Shown here: positions 36,476-54,790 of the stretch, one piece after another
Layout of the letters: the number at the start of each line of letters is the position of its first letter
Numbering within the stretch: position 1 is the stretch's first letter
Assembly (NCBI GenBank): GCA_050230475.1
Contig: JBFLGF010000090.1
Coordinates: 1 to 64,000, forward strand
Origin: Ancylonema sp.
Lineage: Eukaryota
Length of the DNA: 64,000 nucleotides
Direction: 5' to 3'
Notes under the pieces: generated by a model
Databases searched by the model: none
What the model saw: only the letters and a program-made list of their open reading frames with translations
Told to the model about the DNA's origin: nothing
Position numbers and translations under genes: made by a program

Positions 36476-39400
36476 CGTGCGTCTTTGTGATGTTAAGTCT
36501 GTCATTGCTCTGTATGAGTTTATAACTGAAGACGATGAACCGATGTGAATCAGGATTCCGCTTCAAATCGATATGTGAACAGCGCACGGAAATATATAAT
36601 AAATTCCAACTTTCAATCAACGACGCAGAGATTTGAAGGAGGTCAGGGGGTTCAGTATGATCACTTAAAATGTGATTGTGTCAATATCGTATTAGACATC
36701 TGCAGACTGCGTTCAATTTTGGCAAGGTCGGGAATGATCCGTTCAGAACGTGAGAATAAACGGAGTGGGTCAAACTGGTGTATAACAATTACGACGCTTT
36801 CGTTGAAAATAAGGCCTACACCCTCTCGTTCAACCTCCATGGATGAAATCAAGACGTTTACAGTACTTCTGAAAAGAAGGAGCGTGAATGCTGTTGTCGG
36901 CGTATCATTGCCAAATGACATCCTAGTACGCGGCCAATGAAATCCGAATACGGGTGAATCCCAAGGTATTTTTGTGTTCCAAAGTGCTCCAGATTCCACC
37001 TGGTTGGCAAACAAAACACCTCTTCGCTAAATTTCTCAACATTTCAGGTATCGAATGTTCTTCGATCCTATCACGTTTGTCGTTTGTGATTAGCCGTTCG
37101 CGTGAATTTTAATGCGCTCCCCTAGATTCGATATGTCCACGTGGAACATCGTCGGTTTGGCGGCGTCCACGAGGTCCTAATTAATTAAGTCATGGGCTGC
37201 GTAATTGTACCAGAACGTGGAGCTAACCACCGTATGGACTCTGGGCATTGCTCCGCCCACAGGATTTGTAAGCCATCGATCATTATACATGTACAGATTC
37301 TGATTTGCTGGATTGGGCATGACGATAATAAGATACCATTTAAAAAATATACGTCACATCTCTGAAGGCAAAGATATTTTCGAAGGGTTTCGGTGCCTAC
37401 CATAACGATTTGGAGAAAGTGATGACGAGAGGTACATAATCCGTACTCGTAATTTGACACTCATATTACTGACCGTAGTTGAAACCAGTAGTAACAAGAC
37501 TCGTGCTCATAAAATCAAGTGAGTAACACCAGGGAATGAGTATGGATACACACAACCTGACATGTATGCAAATACATCGTGCATTCCAAGAGGAAATAAA
37601 TGTGAATGTGGTCTTTTGTAGAATAAACAAAACACTATTTAAACTTCCGTCTCTTGTGTTCGAGACCAGATGTGCATATTTTTTAATAAAAAATTGCTTG
37701 TTGGAGTATTTACCTACAACACAATTAGTTCATATTTAGTTTCGATCCACCTCCCACACCAATATCATGTTTTGGATTTTTTTAACGCTACATGATTGAC
37801 CAAACCCCCCATCCTAGATCTCACATACATTTCTATTGTACCGATATGCTCAACACCTCACCAAAATATATCGACCTTGTTCTTTTGGTCACTAAGATGA
37901 ACAAGAACTGTTCAATTATATCAATCAGGAGTGTAGTTCCGTATTTCAAAACTATTTCTGATGGCCGCCAGGTCCGCATGGTTGCGTATATATAGACCCA
38001 TAACGTTCAATGGACTGGTGAGGGTCACCAAAATATATTCGTTGTGGGTTTATTATTTTTACATTGTCTAGTAATTTAATACCATTTTTCGAAAGCAAGG
38101 ACAAGCGAAGAGATTTTGTATAGTCTCACGACGTAGAGTAAGAACCCACTTAAAACTGTATTAAGCGAGTCACTTGGATTTATGAAGACTACACCATGGT
38201 GCATAAGCAATATGCATCCCTTGCACGTGTCGGGTAATCATTGTTATCATTGGAGACTCGAACAATCATTTCCTAGTAGCGGTGGAATATGTTGTGATAC
38301 CTGAACATGCACTTCACCCGGCATCAACTCAATGTATGACTTTTTAATTCATGCTCATCAAAATCTTAAACTTCAGAAATCCATCCGCTAGCATCGACAA
38401 ACCGTCTCATGTACCAAAAAAATAGGGGGGGTGGGAAAGGGATTTGATGCATTATACATATGAAGTTTTTGTTTTCATTATTGCTAGATAATCATTACAC
38501 TTGACGACAAGGAATCGACTGCATTACTGAACGGGGCGGGGCGTGTGTTTCCCCAAAAAAAAAACTAAGTACAACCAAAAAAAATATTCTCAAGTTTACC
38601 CCCCCCCCCATTTTGGTGGTCTTAATGGTTGTCACCGTGGCGTACTTGGGAAAATGCGGCCGGATACAAGTACCAACAACTATGTTTAGCTAAAGATCCA
38701 TTGTAATCATATGACACTTTCTAAAAACATATTGACATTATCGTTTTCATTTTCGAGAGTTAACAAGTCAACAATTCAGTTATCTTGTCTTTTTTTTCAT
38801 TTTTAGTGCCCGAGTGTGATCCAATTGTCTTGACGAATTAAAATAGCTTGTAATAGTATTGGTTCTAGTGACTTTGGAATTATAAACAACACTAGATCAG
38901 ATTTATCAGCACTATGTTAATTCGGTTCCACTATTTGTATCTCCTATTTGTGTCTCCTATTAAATAATAAGCTTCATTATGATTTGAAAAAAACATGTTT
39001 TAAATATTGGAAAGTACATCCCACAATGCACCAATGTACAATTAAAGTGCCCTGCCATTCAAGTTTGATTATGAGACTCTATCAACAAGCCCACGAAGAT
39101 GTCGTCTGATATTTGTAATCGAAGAAAATCTATACCACTAATAAAGTGAAAAGCAAGCGAAGATCCCTCGTTTTTTGTGTAACACGTGCATAAACATTAT
39201 CATTATCATGAGTGAACATGCCCAAAGGAAGTAGTATAATGCTTCAATTAATGCACCATCACCAAAATTATATAAAAGAGAATCCATTATTAAGATTAAA
39301 ACAAATTTTTAATCTTAATATCCCAAAGGTTATAACACTTGAATGTCAATTTATTGGAACGCATACTCGGAAAAACAAACCGAGCCTACTAAATACTATA

Positions 39401-40496
39401 TTCCGTTTTGGTAGGGATGGTGACACAAAGCGTTTAAGCGTCGACGTGCTCTGATGTTTGGGGGCCGTTTGGCGTGTAGATGTTGAAAAGTTTGCAAGCC
39501 GTGTAGGCGCGTTAATATGGCGCGTTTGTTTGCATAAGTATTACCCATAAAAGGTTGTGCTCGAGACACTGTGTACTTAATTGAAAATGTGCAAAAGTAA
39601 ATCTTATTTTCCTTATTTTCCTTTGCTTGCGGGTCCATTTCGTATCACACTTTCCGAGGGGGTCACAAGGAGCACGAGGAAACGAAAGTGGGATGGGAGC
39701 TAGATCCTTTCCGGTTTAGAGAAGATTTGGAATTTATACACGGCATTTTTATACTCATTTGCTCTCCATGGTGGTGCGGACGTTGCAACCAAAAATGCTC
39801 GGAACAAGCTTTTTGCATACTATGACGCGGGTGATATCACGCCGTGAGTGTTATTTTGCAGAGCTTCAACTGAGCATCTAGTTCCTGTAAGCAACGTTTA
39901 TACGCATCCCGTATCCTTGTAAAATTGATTTAAAAAATTACGAGGAGTTTAAGACAAAGGAGTTTAAGACGATGCAAATATGGTCATGATGAACTACCAA
40001 CACAATGAGCCTCTTTGTATTACGAAACCAAAGCAACGTTTTAAGAACATATGAAGGATTGTATTGTTTAGGGTCGTAAAGTGGCGGAAGATTATCGAAA
40101 CACATGAGCTCTGTAGTCCAAATTAAAATTACGTCTTCATACCGCTTATTTCGCGTCATACGACAACAGTTCAATCCTTGACGTATTCCTAATTTTTTGT
40201 GACGGTTTCATCAACAGTATGCACTTCTTGATGTTGGTTACTCATCATGGATATATCTCTAGCGTCTTTGAGTACCTTCGGTCGCCGCCTTTTCTTCTTT
40301 ATAAGTGGTTCCACATTGCCACGGAATCCAACACTAAGCTACTGACAAAAAAATATTGGATCATCGTCGATGTAATGCAAAAATGACACTCACGTCGTTA
40401 TCCCTGTCGGCCTCCCAATATTAAACTTGTTATGTGTAGTTGTGGTGGCCTAGGACGGCACCAAGATGAAGGCAAGTATATTTGATGAGGTCCATA

Positions 40497-40832
40497 CCGT
40501 ACCAGCCAGAGATAACGCGCCAGAAAATAATTATCATTTTGCCTGGCGCACACGTTTTTGGCGCGTACTAAAATAATTATTTTGAACACGCTGGCGCGTA
40601 CTTTTAACGCAAATAAATTAATAAAATCGACGATAATTTGGCGCAGTTGAAAAATCCAATACAAAAAATCAAAAACACCTGGCGCTGTTAAAAAATATTT
40701 ATTCAAAATTTGTCCGGCGCACAATTTTGGCGCGTACTAATAAATTAAAAAATCGATGGCGCAATTGTTTGAAAGCGTACTTCTATTAATTAATTTTCCG
40801 ATTTTCTGGCGCATTATCTCTGGTTGGTACGG
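40497..40832. mobile_element. MITE with CCGTA termini and TA target duplication (Tc1/mariner-pogo type)
   Basis: TIRs ccgtaccagccagagataacgcgccagaaaat / attttctggcgcattatctctggttggtacgg with 2 mismatches, TA on both flanks, and an AT-rich interior with repeated TGGCGC motifs. Confidence 0.9.
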
Positions 40833-42599
40833 TATTTCATAAAGGCTAATACTTGAGCTTCCTTTTTTTTTGTTTGTTTTTGGTCCACGCTCCTCACGGT
40901 TTTGATAGCCGTGATGTATCCGGTGGCATACTTGTCAAGCGGGACCTTCTGAATACTTTTCAGTATTCCTTAAAATTATTTTCTGTACTTTCATTCATCT
41001 ATACTGAATTAAAAATAGACATCATCGTAAATATAACGTTGGTAAAGTCACGACATAAATACCCTTTTTTATGCAATAAAGTTCCTATCGCGACAATCGT
41101 CTATATCAAATCCCGTACTTTTACCGACTTTCTCGGTCCCGGCGTTCTACGAATGCACTCTTCCAGAAGTTGCGAATAATGGATATTCATTTAAATAAAT
41201 TACCGCACACGATACACGTATTATTTTTTCCCTTGTGACGTGATATATGGATATGTCCTTTCGAAGAACGCCCTTCTCAAATCATACGGATACCAAAATC
41301 ATCGGAATTAGCATTCCCTACTCCACACGTATTTAAGCAATCCGCAAGTCGAAACAAAATACGAAAAAAATAGAGCTCCATATTTTCTCAATGTGAGCTA
41401 AAACATCGGACCAATTCAATTATCAAAACCTGCGTCGAAAAAACATTTCGTTGTGTGAAACACATGCCGGGTGATACGTTTCGAGTGCAACCGAATAGCA
41501 CGAAATATGATGGCCAGGGTTACCTAGAAAGGGCCTTCAAACATAAAAAAGGATATGCACATAATAATCATACGGGTCACGTTGATACACATCAAACTCT
41601 AACGCATACTAATCAGACGATCGTGTGTGACTTACTATGTGATTGCGATTGTTGGTCTCCCGGGAGATTGCTTTTAGTGGAGAGAGGCATTTACAAGAAT
41701 GAAGTAAAACGCACCGTCAGTATCATTACGATTTTCGCGATGTGCCTAGTCGCCTCGCCCTAGTGTGCAAAAATTACAACAATTGCGTCTTGTGGCGGTT
41801 ACGTTCCGTACGGCTACGTAGAAGTGTCTACAATCCTGTAAGCCGTTCAGGGGCGATGAAGTGGGGTGAAAAAAACTGTACGGCTTTGAACGATCTTGAT
41901 TTGTTCGATATAAGACTCGTCGGTAAACCGTGCATGGCCCATCACACCGAGTGTTCACAAGGGTACAAATCCGTTTAGGGGTATTAGCACTTGGATAATA
42001 TAAAACATATTTGGGTGAGACAATGTCAACGGATTTGAAAATATTTGATCGAGGTTTCGTTGCATGTAGATCAATCCAAAAAAGAAATATGTCTTAGATT
42101 CGATGCACACGCACATCTAGGACGGTAGTCAATACACATACGACTACACTACAATGCGGACACGTTCGTTACATTGCCGTTTATAACATCACAACACGGA
42201 AAAATATTCAGTTCGTGTAATCGTATATTCTGTTTACAAATACCCTACCTATGTACGCTTGTCGGAGCATGTCCACAACTAAACGTTTGTCGGAGTTGGG
42301 TCGAATCACTTGGGGCAAACGCCGGACGTGTGCATTTTGTTGTCCGAAAGTCAGTCGCTCTTGCTTACATGTCGTTTCGTTGAGATCTTGTGCGTGTCAT
42401 GTCTCAATAGAGTGGTATGGATGGCAATGATCCGGCTGATTGTAGCCCAACTAAAACCACAAATGAACAAATATTTTCTCGCTCGTGTGGGCGATTGGGA
42501 ACGGTGGGCTCAGTTCATCCGTGTGAGCCGACCATCCTGGTTATCTGGCGGCTGGGTCGTCATGCAAACATGCGAGGACGCATGACACATGGTCGAACA

Positions 42600-42660
42600 A
42601 GGCCCAATGAGCCCAGTGAGCCCAATTAAAAAGGCCGCAACTGTCAGCCAATAGAATCCT
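42600..42660 (+). promoter_or_regulatory. Cluster of site-II-like motifs (GGCCCA/AGCCCA) and CCAAT upstream of PP2C
   Basis: ggcccaatgagcccagtgagcccaat...gccaatag about 500 bp before the ATG. Motif evidence only. Confidence 0.3.
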
Positions 42661-43120
42661 GTTGCGTGGCAACAAAAAACTCGGAGTCGCGACACGTCAT
42701 GATGGGGAATGCGCCTCCCGCGCTATTGAAGCCGGGACCCCCGAGCGTGTGAATATTTTGTAACCAAAAGTGGTTGCAGGTCATGTAGGCGTCAGGGTTG
42801 ATCAGCATCAGAACCTACGCAGTATTGGACCCACCTCGTCCATGCATTGTACAGAGACTCTTTGTTTTACACCGTCGGTTGGAAAGGATGTTTACCATAG
42901 GAGTATCACCGATGTGAGATTCAAAGTTTCTACGACACGGAATCCCAGAACGGACTTGGTAGTCTGACTAATGAGGGTTTGATTCGCGAATCGAGGACGT
43001 CCAACTCATATTGTGGATGATAGAGGACAAGATCTTTGTACACGACTTGATATAGGACGTTGTCTCGTTCCTTCAGAGGCTTTTCTGGATTTGATATACG
43101 AAAATTGTAGTTTCCGAGTT

Positions 43121-48122
<5,002 letters not shown>

Positions 48123-48660
48123 TGGAGGGGTAGGGTGGGGTGGAGGCGGTAGCGCGTTGGGGGGGCAGTGGTAGGAGGAGCATGTTTGGTGTGTGGAGTG
48201 TGGAGGATGTGAACAAGCTTTGGAAGGGGAGTGTAGTGTAGAATGGCATGGAGGGGGTGGGGAAGCTGGATGGCAAAGAGGTGGGGACTTTTCTCATGTT
48301 TTTTGCTTCATTTTGGAGATGCGGAGTTGGTACCACATGTGGTTGATGAAGAGTCGGTTCACCATAAACCTACAAATGTCGGAAAGAACATTTGTTGGGG
48401 GGGTTGCAATGTTTGTGACCCTTAGGTTGGTTGGAAGATAAGTGCGTCCCATTTTTGTCCATTTTGTCACTGGCTTGTGCATTTGATTATGCGATGCCAA
48501 ACAGGTGGGTTGGATTTGTTAACATTTCTTACCTTGCTTAGTTGACTTTTTGCTATTTGCTAGTGAAGCGTACCAAAACTTGTGTTTTGACAAGGGAATT
48601 GGAGGATTTACAAATTGGACCATGTATGGCTGGCTCATGTGGATTGATTCTCCCCACGTT

Positions 48661-48944
48661 TGACTCTTGGTAGTCAAGCATTTTTCGTACCTACATCGAT
48701 CGTGTACGGCTACACGTGCAAGCACTACATCGTATAAGCACACCGTACACATCGTGATTGTAACAAAGTCCACCCCACCGTACAAGCTATCACATAGCAA
48801 GGCCATCTCCCTAGGCACACACCGTACTCGCATAACCGCGCCTAGACGGCATGCAGTCACCGAGCACCGCTCCCCATCACCGCGCCTAGACGGCATGCGG
48901 TGCCGCAACTCGCGCGATCACACCGCGCTTCAAATTAATGGTCA
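48661..48944 (-). repeat. Candidate 3' LTR of the gypsy element
   Basis: Termini TGAC...GTCA. On the minus strand it is directly preceded by a polypurine tract (GGGGGGGGGAG, 48945-48955). The partner LTR is not in the window. Confidence 0.65.
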
Positions 48945-49690
48945 CTCCCCCCCCCAAGACAGGGAAAAGCTCCCGCGACCCCGGCTTGGTCAATCACCGG
49001 GAATTTTTTTGAATGATCTGCACTTCCCATCATTGCCGAACACCGTTTGCACAATGGTTAGAACACCTACTCCTCCAAGATATTGGTGGGTTCGGGGTAG
49101 CTAGCCCCTCACCCCACTCTTATCTAGAGGAGTTGGTCAAATCACCCACACCGAAATAATTTCCCGCAAGTTTAGTGTGCTACCACCAAAGGATCCACCT
49201 TTGGTCTCTAGGCCTCAAACTTGATTGAGCCTCCGCGCCACATGCGCCAACCTCCTCTCACTTCTCACAATGTTTTTATTGACTTAGTGAATTGAGGTTA
49301 TGTGAGTGTCACACACTTCTCATAGAAGTTGACCAATCACACTTCCTGCATAAAGTTGATTTTGCCACTTAGGAGGTCTTCAATGCCTCCGGCAAAGGCA
49401 TCAGCCAATCCATTGCATTTGCCCCTCATGGAGGTCTTCATGCCCCTCATGGAGGTCTCATGCCCCTCATGGAGGTCTTAGATACCTCCGGCAAAGGCAG
49501 CAGCCAATCCAGTGCATATATGTGATATGGAACTCCATTATCACCATATCCCTCTCATGCAATGTATCCGATGTTACATTGCATGGTTCCGATGTGGGGT
49601 ACAATGCTCTTTCATGCAATGGTTCCACTGTTACGTTGCATGGTTCCGATGTAGAGTCTTTTGTGCTTCACTCTGAAGTAAGTAGCTCAC

Positions 49691-49831
49691 CTAGTGTCGA
49701 GGACAAGTCCAGTTTCCCTCCGGCACTCCTACCAGGGGTGGTGTTAATAAACACCAAGTGTGATACCCCTGGTTACACTTGTCGCACAGCACCATCCGTT
49801 TCGGGTAGGACTGCAACCCACAAACCCGGCA
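49691..49831 (-). pseudogene. PHD finger at the C-terminus of gypsy pol
   Basis: Manual translation CRVCGLQSYPKRMVLCDKCNQGYHTWCLLTPPLVGVPEGNWTCPRH*, one frameshift away from the integrase tail. It is not shown in the ORF track. Confidence 0.9.
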
Positions 49832-49955
49832 TGTGCTGTCTCCCCGCGATCATACAACTCTGGGTAGACCCTCTTGTCTCCCACCGGTATAGTGCAGTGA
49901 GCAATGTGCTTCACTTGCTCTTGCATTGTCGTCCCATCTCTACCCCCAAGAACTG

Positions 49956-51640
49956 CTATCCCTCAGTCCCTGAGCTCCACATCCTCAAGATGTGTGGCCT
50001 TGTGATGACCTCCAGGGAGCTAGCCGTTGGCCGCTTCAGCAGCACGAAGTCTCCAACCTTGAACTTCGCCTTTGGCCTATCCCACCCTCCTCCACGGACT
50101 AGCTTGTACCTCTCCACCTCCCTTTGCTGGGCAATCGCCAGGTTCCTGAATGCCAGTGGCAGAACTTCCTGAAAGATCTGGCCCCTCCTATCTAGGAACA
50201 CTTTCATGGCCTCCACCCCTTGAGTCTCATCAAAGACTCTCTCCTCCTCGTCCTAGATCCGAGCTTGAAAGATCGGAAAAGCATGAAGTATGGCGAGTAG
50301 CCTAGTGACTTCTGCTTGGACAGCCTGTAGCCCATAGCTACGTAAGGCTGCAGTTCATCCCACTGCTCCCCACCTCCCTCAAGCAAGCACTTCCTGAGTG
50401 CTTTCTTCATTGTTTTCACCATCCTCTCCGCCAACCCGTCTGACTGCGGGTGATCCCTGGCTGCAGTCCTGTGAGTGATCTCATGGCGGGCCACGAGTGT
50501 CTCAAACTCTCCTCGAAACTCACCACCCTGATCCGCAATCACCTCCCCTGGTGCGCCATACCTAGACAAGATCTGGGACTTGAACTGGTATGCCACCTCT
50601 TCGGCCCTCTTGGAGGTTGTTGGGATGAGCTCCACCCACTTGGTGAAATGCTCTATGCACACCAGCACATATTTGTTCCCCCTCTCCGTCTCCTCCATTG
50701 GCCCCGCAAAGTCTACCCCCCACCTGTACATAGGTCCTTTGATGGGAAGCGGCTGAAGGTTCTTCCCAGACTCTCTGAAAGCACCCTTGCCCCGAGCGCA
50801 ACTCATACACTCTTTCACCACTTTCGCCACCATCTCCACCATGCCTCTCCACCAATAGGTCTTTCCCAACAAGTCTGCTACCCTCATGACCCCAAAGTGC
50901 CCCATCTCCTCGTGCACTTTCTTCACCAGCCCCCCCCGCTCCCGCGGTCTTGGGATCACTAGCATCCTCCCTTTCTCTCCCACCTTGTACAGGTTGGTTC
51001 CCAGCCACCTGTACTTGGTCCCCCTCCGGTACACCCGATCTCTCTCCAGAGCATCCCACTCCTCACTGTGCTTGCCAGCCTGCAGGTACTCAAGCAAGTA
51101 CTTGTCAGCCCACACCTCCCCCGAGGCTGCGTCAGTGGTCTCATCCACTTTCTTATGTTCCCCCACTCCTAGTGCCAAAAGAGTCATGGCTAAAAGAGTC
51201 TCGGGTCGGAAAGTGATATCACCCCGGTCCCAGTCAGGAACCTCAAGTCCTCCTATGGAATCCATGGGAAACCTGGAAAGGCAATGTGCGTTGCCGTTCT
51301 CTGCGCCTGCCCTGTGCTCCACCTTGAAGTCGAACTCTTGCAGCAACAAAGCCCACCTCGCCAGCTTCCCCGACAGCTTCTTTGTCGACAGGATCCACTT
51401 GATTGGCTCATGGTCGGTCACCAGTGTGAACTGGTTTCCGATCACGTACTGCCTGAAATGTGAAGTCGCCCACACCGCAGCCAAACACTCCCCCTCAAAA
51501 CTAGAATAGTTATTCTCAACTGGGTTGCAACTCCTGCTGGCATAAGCCACAACATAGTCCAGCCCCCGCTCGTCCTTCTGCCCAAGGACTGCCCCCATCC
51601 CCTTCTGACTCTAGTCAGTAGCAAGGTAGAAGGGCTTGCT
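49956..51640 (-). pseudogene. pol: Gypsy RNase H and integrase
   Basis: RNase H motifs LATD*SQKGMGAVL, EGECLA and VTDH. HHCC finger HEEMGH...CMSC. DDE motifs GVDFAG, ADQGGEF and DGLAERM. Tail KFKVGDFVLL. Confidence 0.93.
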
Positions 51641-52660
51641 CCCATCTGGTCGCCTCAGCACCCCAGCCGAACACAGCGCCTCCTTCAGCTTTAGGAAGGC
51701 CTCCTTCTGTTCCCCCCCTCACTCCCAGACCTATCCTTTCCGCAACAGCTTGTTGAGCGGAAAGGCAATGGTGTTGAAGTGCGGTACAAACTTGCGATAG
51801 TAGCTGAATAACCCCGAAGCCCCCCTTAGCGATGACAAGTTTGTAGGTGCTGGTAGATCCTTGACTGCCTTCACCTTCTCCTCCTGCGGCTGCAACTCTG
51901 CTGCAGTGATCTTGTGCCCCAGGAAGTCGATGCTCTCCACAGCAAATAGACACGTCCCTGGGTGCACATTCAACCCCGCTGCTCTGAGTCGTCTGAAGAC
52001 CTCCTGCAGATGCTCCAGATGCTCCTCCAGCGTGCTTCTCCACACGATGATGTCATCGATGTAACACCTCGCAAATGTCAGCCCCCCCAGAATGTGGTCC
52101 GTCTGACGCTGAAAGTAAGGTGGCGCGTTCTTCAGTCCGAACGGCACTACGCACCACTCCCACAGCATCCGCCTGGCTCCCCAGAATGTTGTCTTGGCAC
52201 GGTCCCTCCTACAGTAGTGGCATCTGATGGTACCCCGACCTCAGATCCAGCTTGCTGAAGATCTTTGCCTCCTTCATGACATCGAAGATGTCCTCTATCA
52301 ATGGCAGCGAGTACTTGTCGACGGCGTCAGTGCATTGATCGGCCTGTAGTCCCCGCACTTTCTGAAGTCAGTGTAGTTCCCCTCATCGTCCTTCTTCTTC
52401 ACCACCACAGTAGCCGAAGCATACTTGGTCTGGACTGATTTCCTTGATGAACTTCAGCTTCTCCAGCTTCTCGCACTGCTTCTCCACAAACTCCCACTCC
52501 TTTTCCCCGAGTTTCTGCGGCGGCCTGTAAACCCTCCCCTCCGACACCCCCCCGATGCTCATTGGCTCTCCCTTGAACTGCTCCAGATCCTCCATGCTGT
52601 AAGCAAAGCGACAATTGTTCTCCCTCAGCAGCTCCAACACCAGCAGCTGGTCCCTTTCCT
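51640..52660 (-). pseudogene. pol: Gypsy reverse transcriptase (frameshifted)
   Basis: Motifs [48 protein letters not shown] and SYYRKFV. Confidence 0.93.
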
Positions 52661-53839
52661 TTACCCCCCCCCCACCCTTGATTTTCTTAAAATTCTCAAA
52701 AAAAACAGGTTTTCGGTTTAAGATCCCACCCTTAGTGCTCACTCCTACCCCTGAGTGCTGGCTACCGTTCCCCCCAAACTCCCCCTGCACATCATTTTTT
52801 TTTTTGTTTTTTTATGATTTTCTGAAGTTTTCAGTGGGGCCCCAACCTCCCCACCCCCAACCTCCCCCAACCGCTTCCTCTCCCCCAGAGCAGCCATCTG
52901 CAGCTCTGTAGGCCTCAGTTCTGCTCCAAATCCAGAGTGCAATAGTGCTATGGATATCTCTTTCCCCCATCTATGGTTTTTTAAATCCATGACATCCCCC
53001 CCTAAAACCCCTGTCTGAAAATCCAAATCTTGGATTTCAGATCTGGCCAACTCCAATTTACACTCAGAGTAGTAAAAAGGGCTGGAAATCTTTGATATTG
53101 AGTTTCTGAGTACACGAAATGGCTTGTTGAAATTTCCTACTCTATCCTCACTACCAGCTCGAAAACCTGCTTCTGGTTCCAAAACCCTAGGGTTTAACAG
53201 CACTTTTTCTGAATTCTGGACAGAATTCTGGCCTTTTTGACTGCCTGAGATACCTAGCTCTCCTTGGCTGCTAACTTGTCCAAATTCTGATCTGATTAGT
53301 GATCCTGGCTCCTTAGATACTTCACTACCAGATCTCAAAGTTACAGATTTTTCTGGATGGAGGTGCAAAAACGCCCCATCAGCATCTCCCTCAGCTATTT
53401 TTTTGTCGGGAAGGCCAGCTGGCAATGATAAATGTTGCCCTGAGCTTCTCCCTTCGAATATGGCTGCACCCAGCTTGTTTCCTGGTTCTTCTTAATGCCC
53501 TCTAGCTGATCCCAAATTTTCAGCTTAGCATCGAAGTCTAGCAGCGCGCGCACCACTTTTTGTGCCTCTGCCATCTCCCCTCCCCCTATGAGCCCAGCAT
53601 ACATTCCGTATGCTGGAGGGCTGTCCTTTTCGATTTCACTCCTCTGGTTTTCACCATTGTGTTCCTGATCTCCCCAGCTCCATTCTCGTGAGCCATTGCC
53701 AGTTGCCCCCAACCGTGCCCCAACCGCACCCTCCCCGCAGTCCCCCTTGAACTGCGGCTGGCCCCCCCCAACCCCTGATCTTTTAGGGGTTGGGTGGCAG
53801 CGCCTCCCTAGCTGATCATGCTGGCTTCCCACAGAGCCC

Positions 53840-54790
53840 CCAGCCACCTCATGGTGTTGCCCTCCATGCATTTCCCCAGCCTCTCCGCTCGCTGCTTCGC
53901 GGAAACCACCTCCGCCCGAGTGGTCCCCTCAGGGAACCCCAACAGCTGCTCTTTCTCACCCACATCTGGCTCCTCCCGCCTGTGGGTGTTGGTGTTGTAC
54001 ACCTGCCCCTCCCCTGGGCTCCCATCCTCCTGGGTTCTGAAGGCATAGCTCCCCTGAAAGCTGACGATTGTCGGCATCAGGATCCTCTCCTCTCCTCGGA
54101 AATTCCTCACGACCTGAGGTGGGAAGTCGGTGAAAGCAGGTGCCTTGGGGATGTGATACTCCCTCAAGATCTCCCTCAGTGGTGGGCTTGGCTGCAGATC
54201 CTGCGGAATGGCCTCTTGCAGCTCATCCCGGTCCATAGCGTTCGTCCAACAGTAGCGCAGCCGATGGCTGGCTGCCCCCAACCCCCCTGCGTCCAGAACC
54301 ACCCCCAACCCAATAAAAGACTCTATCAGGCATCTTTGCCAACTCCCCGGGAGAGGTATTTTCCAGAAAGTAGACTGGCGATCTCTCCTGGTGGTGCTGC
54401 AGCCACCCAAGGATGCGCATCAAGTCGTAGAAATACTGAAACCGCTTGTCTGCGTACCCCTCCTGCTTGCCTCCCCTGCTGATACTCTGGCACTCCGAGC
54501 CAGCCCCCACTATGTCGACCTCCCCGTTTTGCGCAATGAGATTCACCAGCGCCATTTCTCCGATCAGCCCCACATCCTGTGGCAGCCTCTTCTCCCAGCC
54601 AATGAATGCCCCCCTGTTGATCTGGCCTGGGTACTCAAGGATCAGCTTCTCGATCACCCCCTCGTTGATCCGGTTGGAGATGAGGTCTCTCTCGGCGCAC
54701 GACACCAGCCGCACCCTCAACCCTGCCGCCAAGGCTGTTCTAGTGGGCCCCAGACCGATGCCACTGAAAAGTTCGACAATATGCACTCCC
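53840..54790 (-). pseudogene. C5 cytosine DNA methyltransferase domain within gypsy pol (one frameshift near 54320-54340)
   Basis: Motifs in canonical order: I VELFSGIG, II SCAE, III PQDV, IV GAGSECQS, VI YFLENT, VIII SHRLRYCWTN, IX EKEQLLGFP, X RAERLGKCM. Confidence 0.88.

Noticed and set aside
38180..38230. YAPWC thioredoxin-like motif on the minus strand
   Set aside because: No second Cys and the frame closes within a few codons; likely chance.
36545..42400. Scattered short ORFs in the AT-rich region
   Set aside because: No motifs, splice-consistent chains or composition resembling the confirmed genes.
49420..49480. CRISPR-like array
   Set aside because: Adjacent tandem units without unique spacers, no cas genes, and a eukaryotic context.
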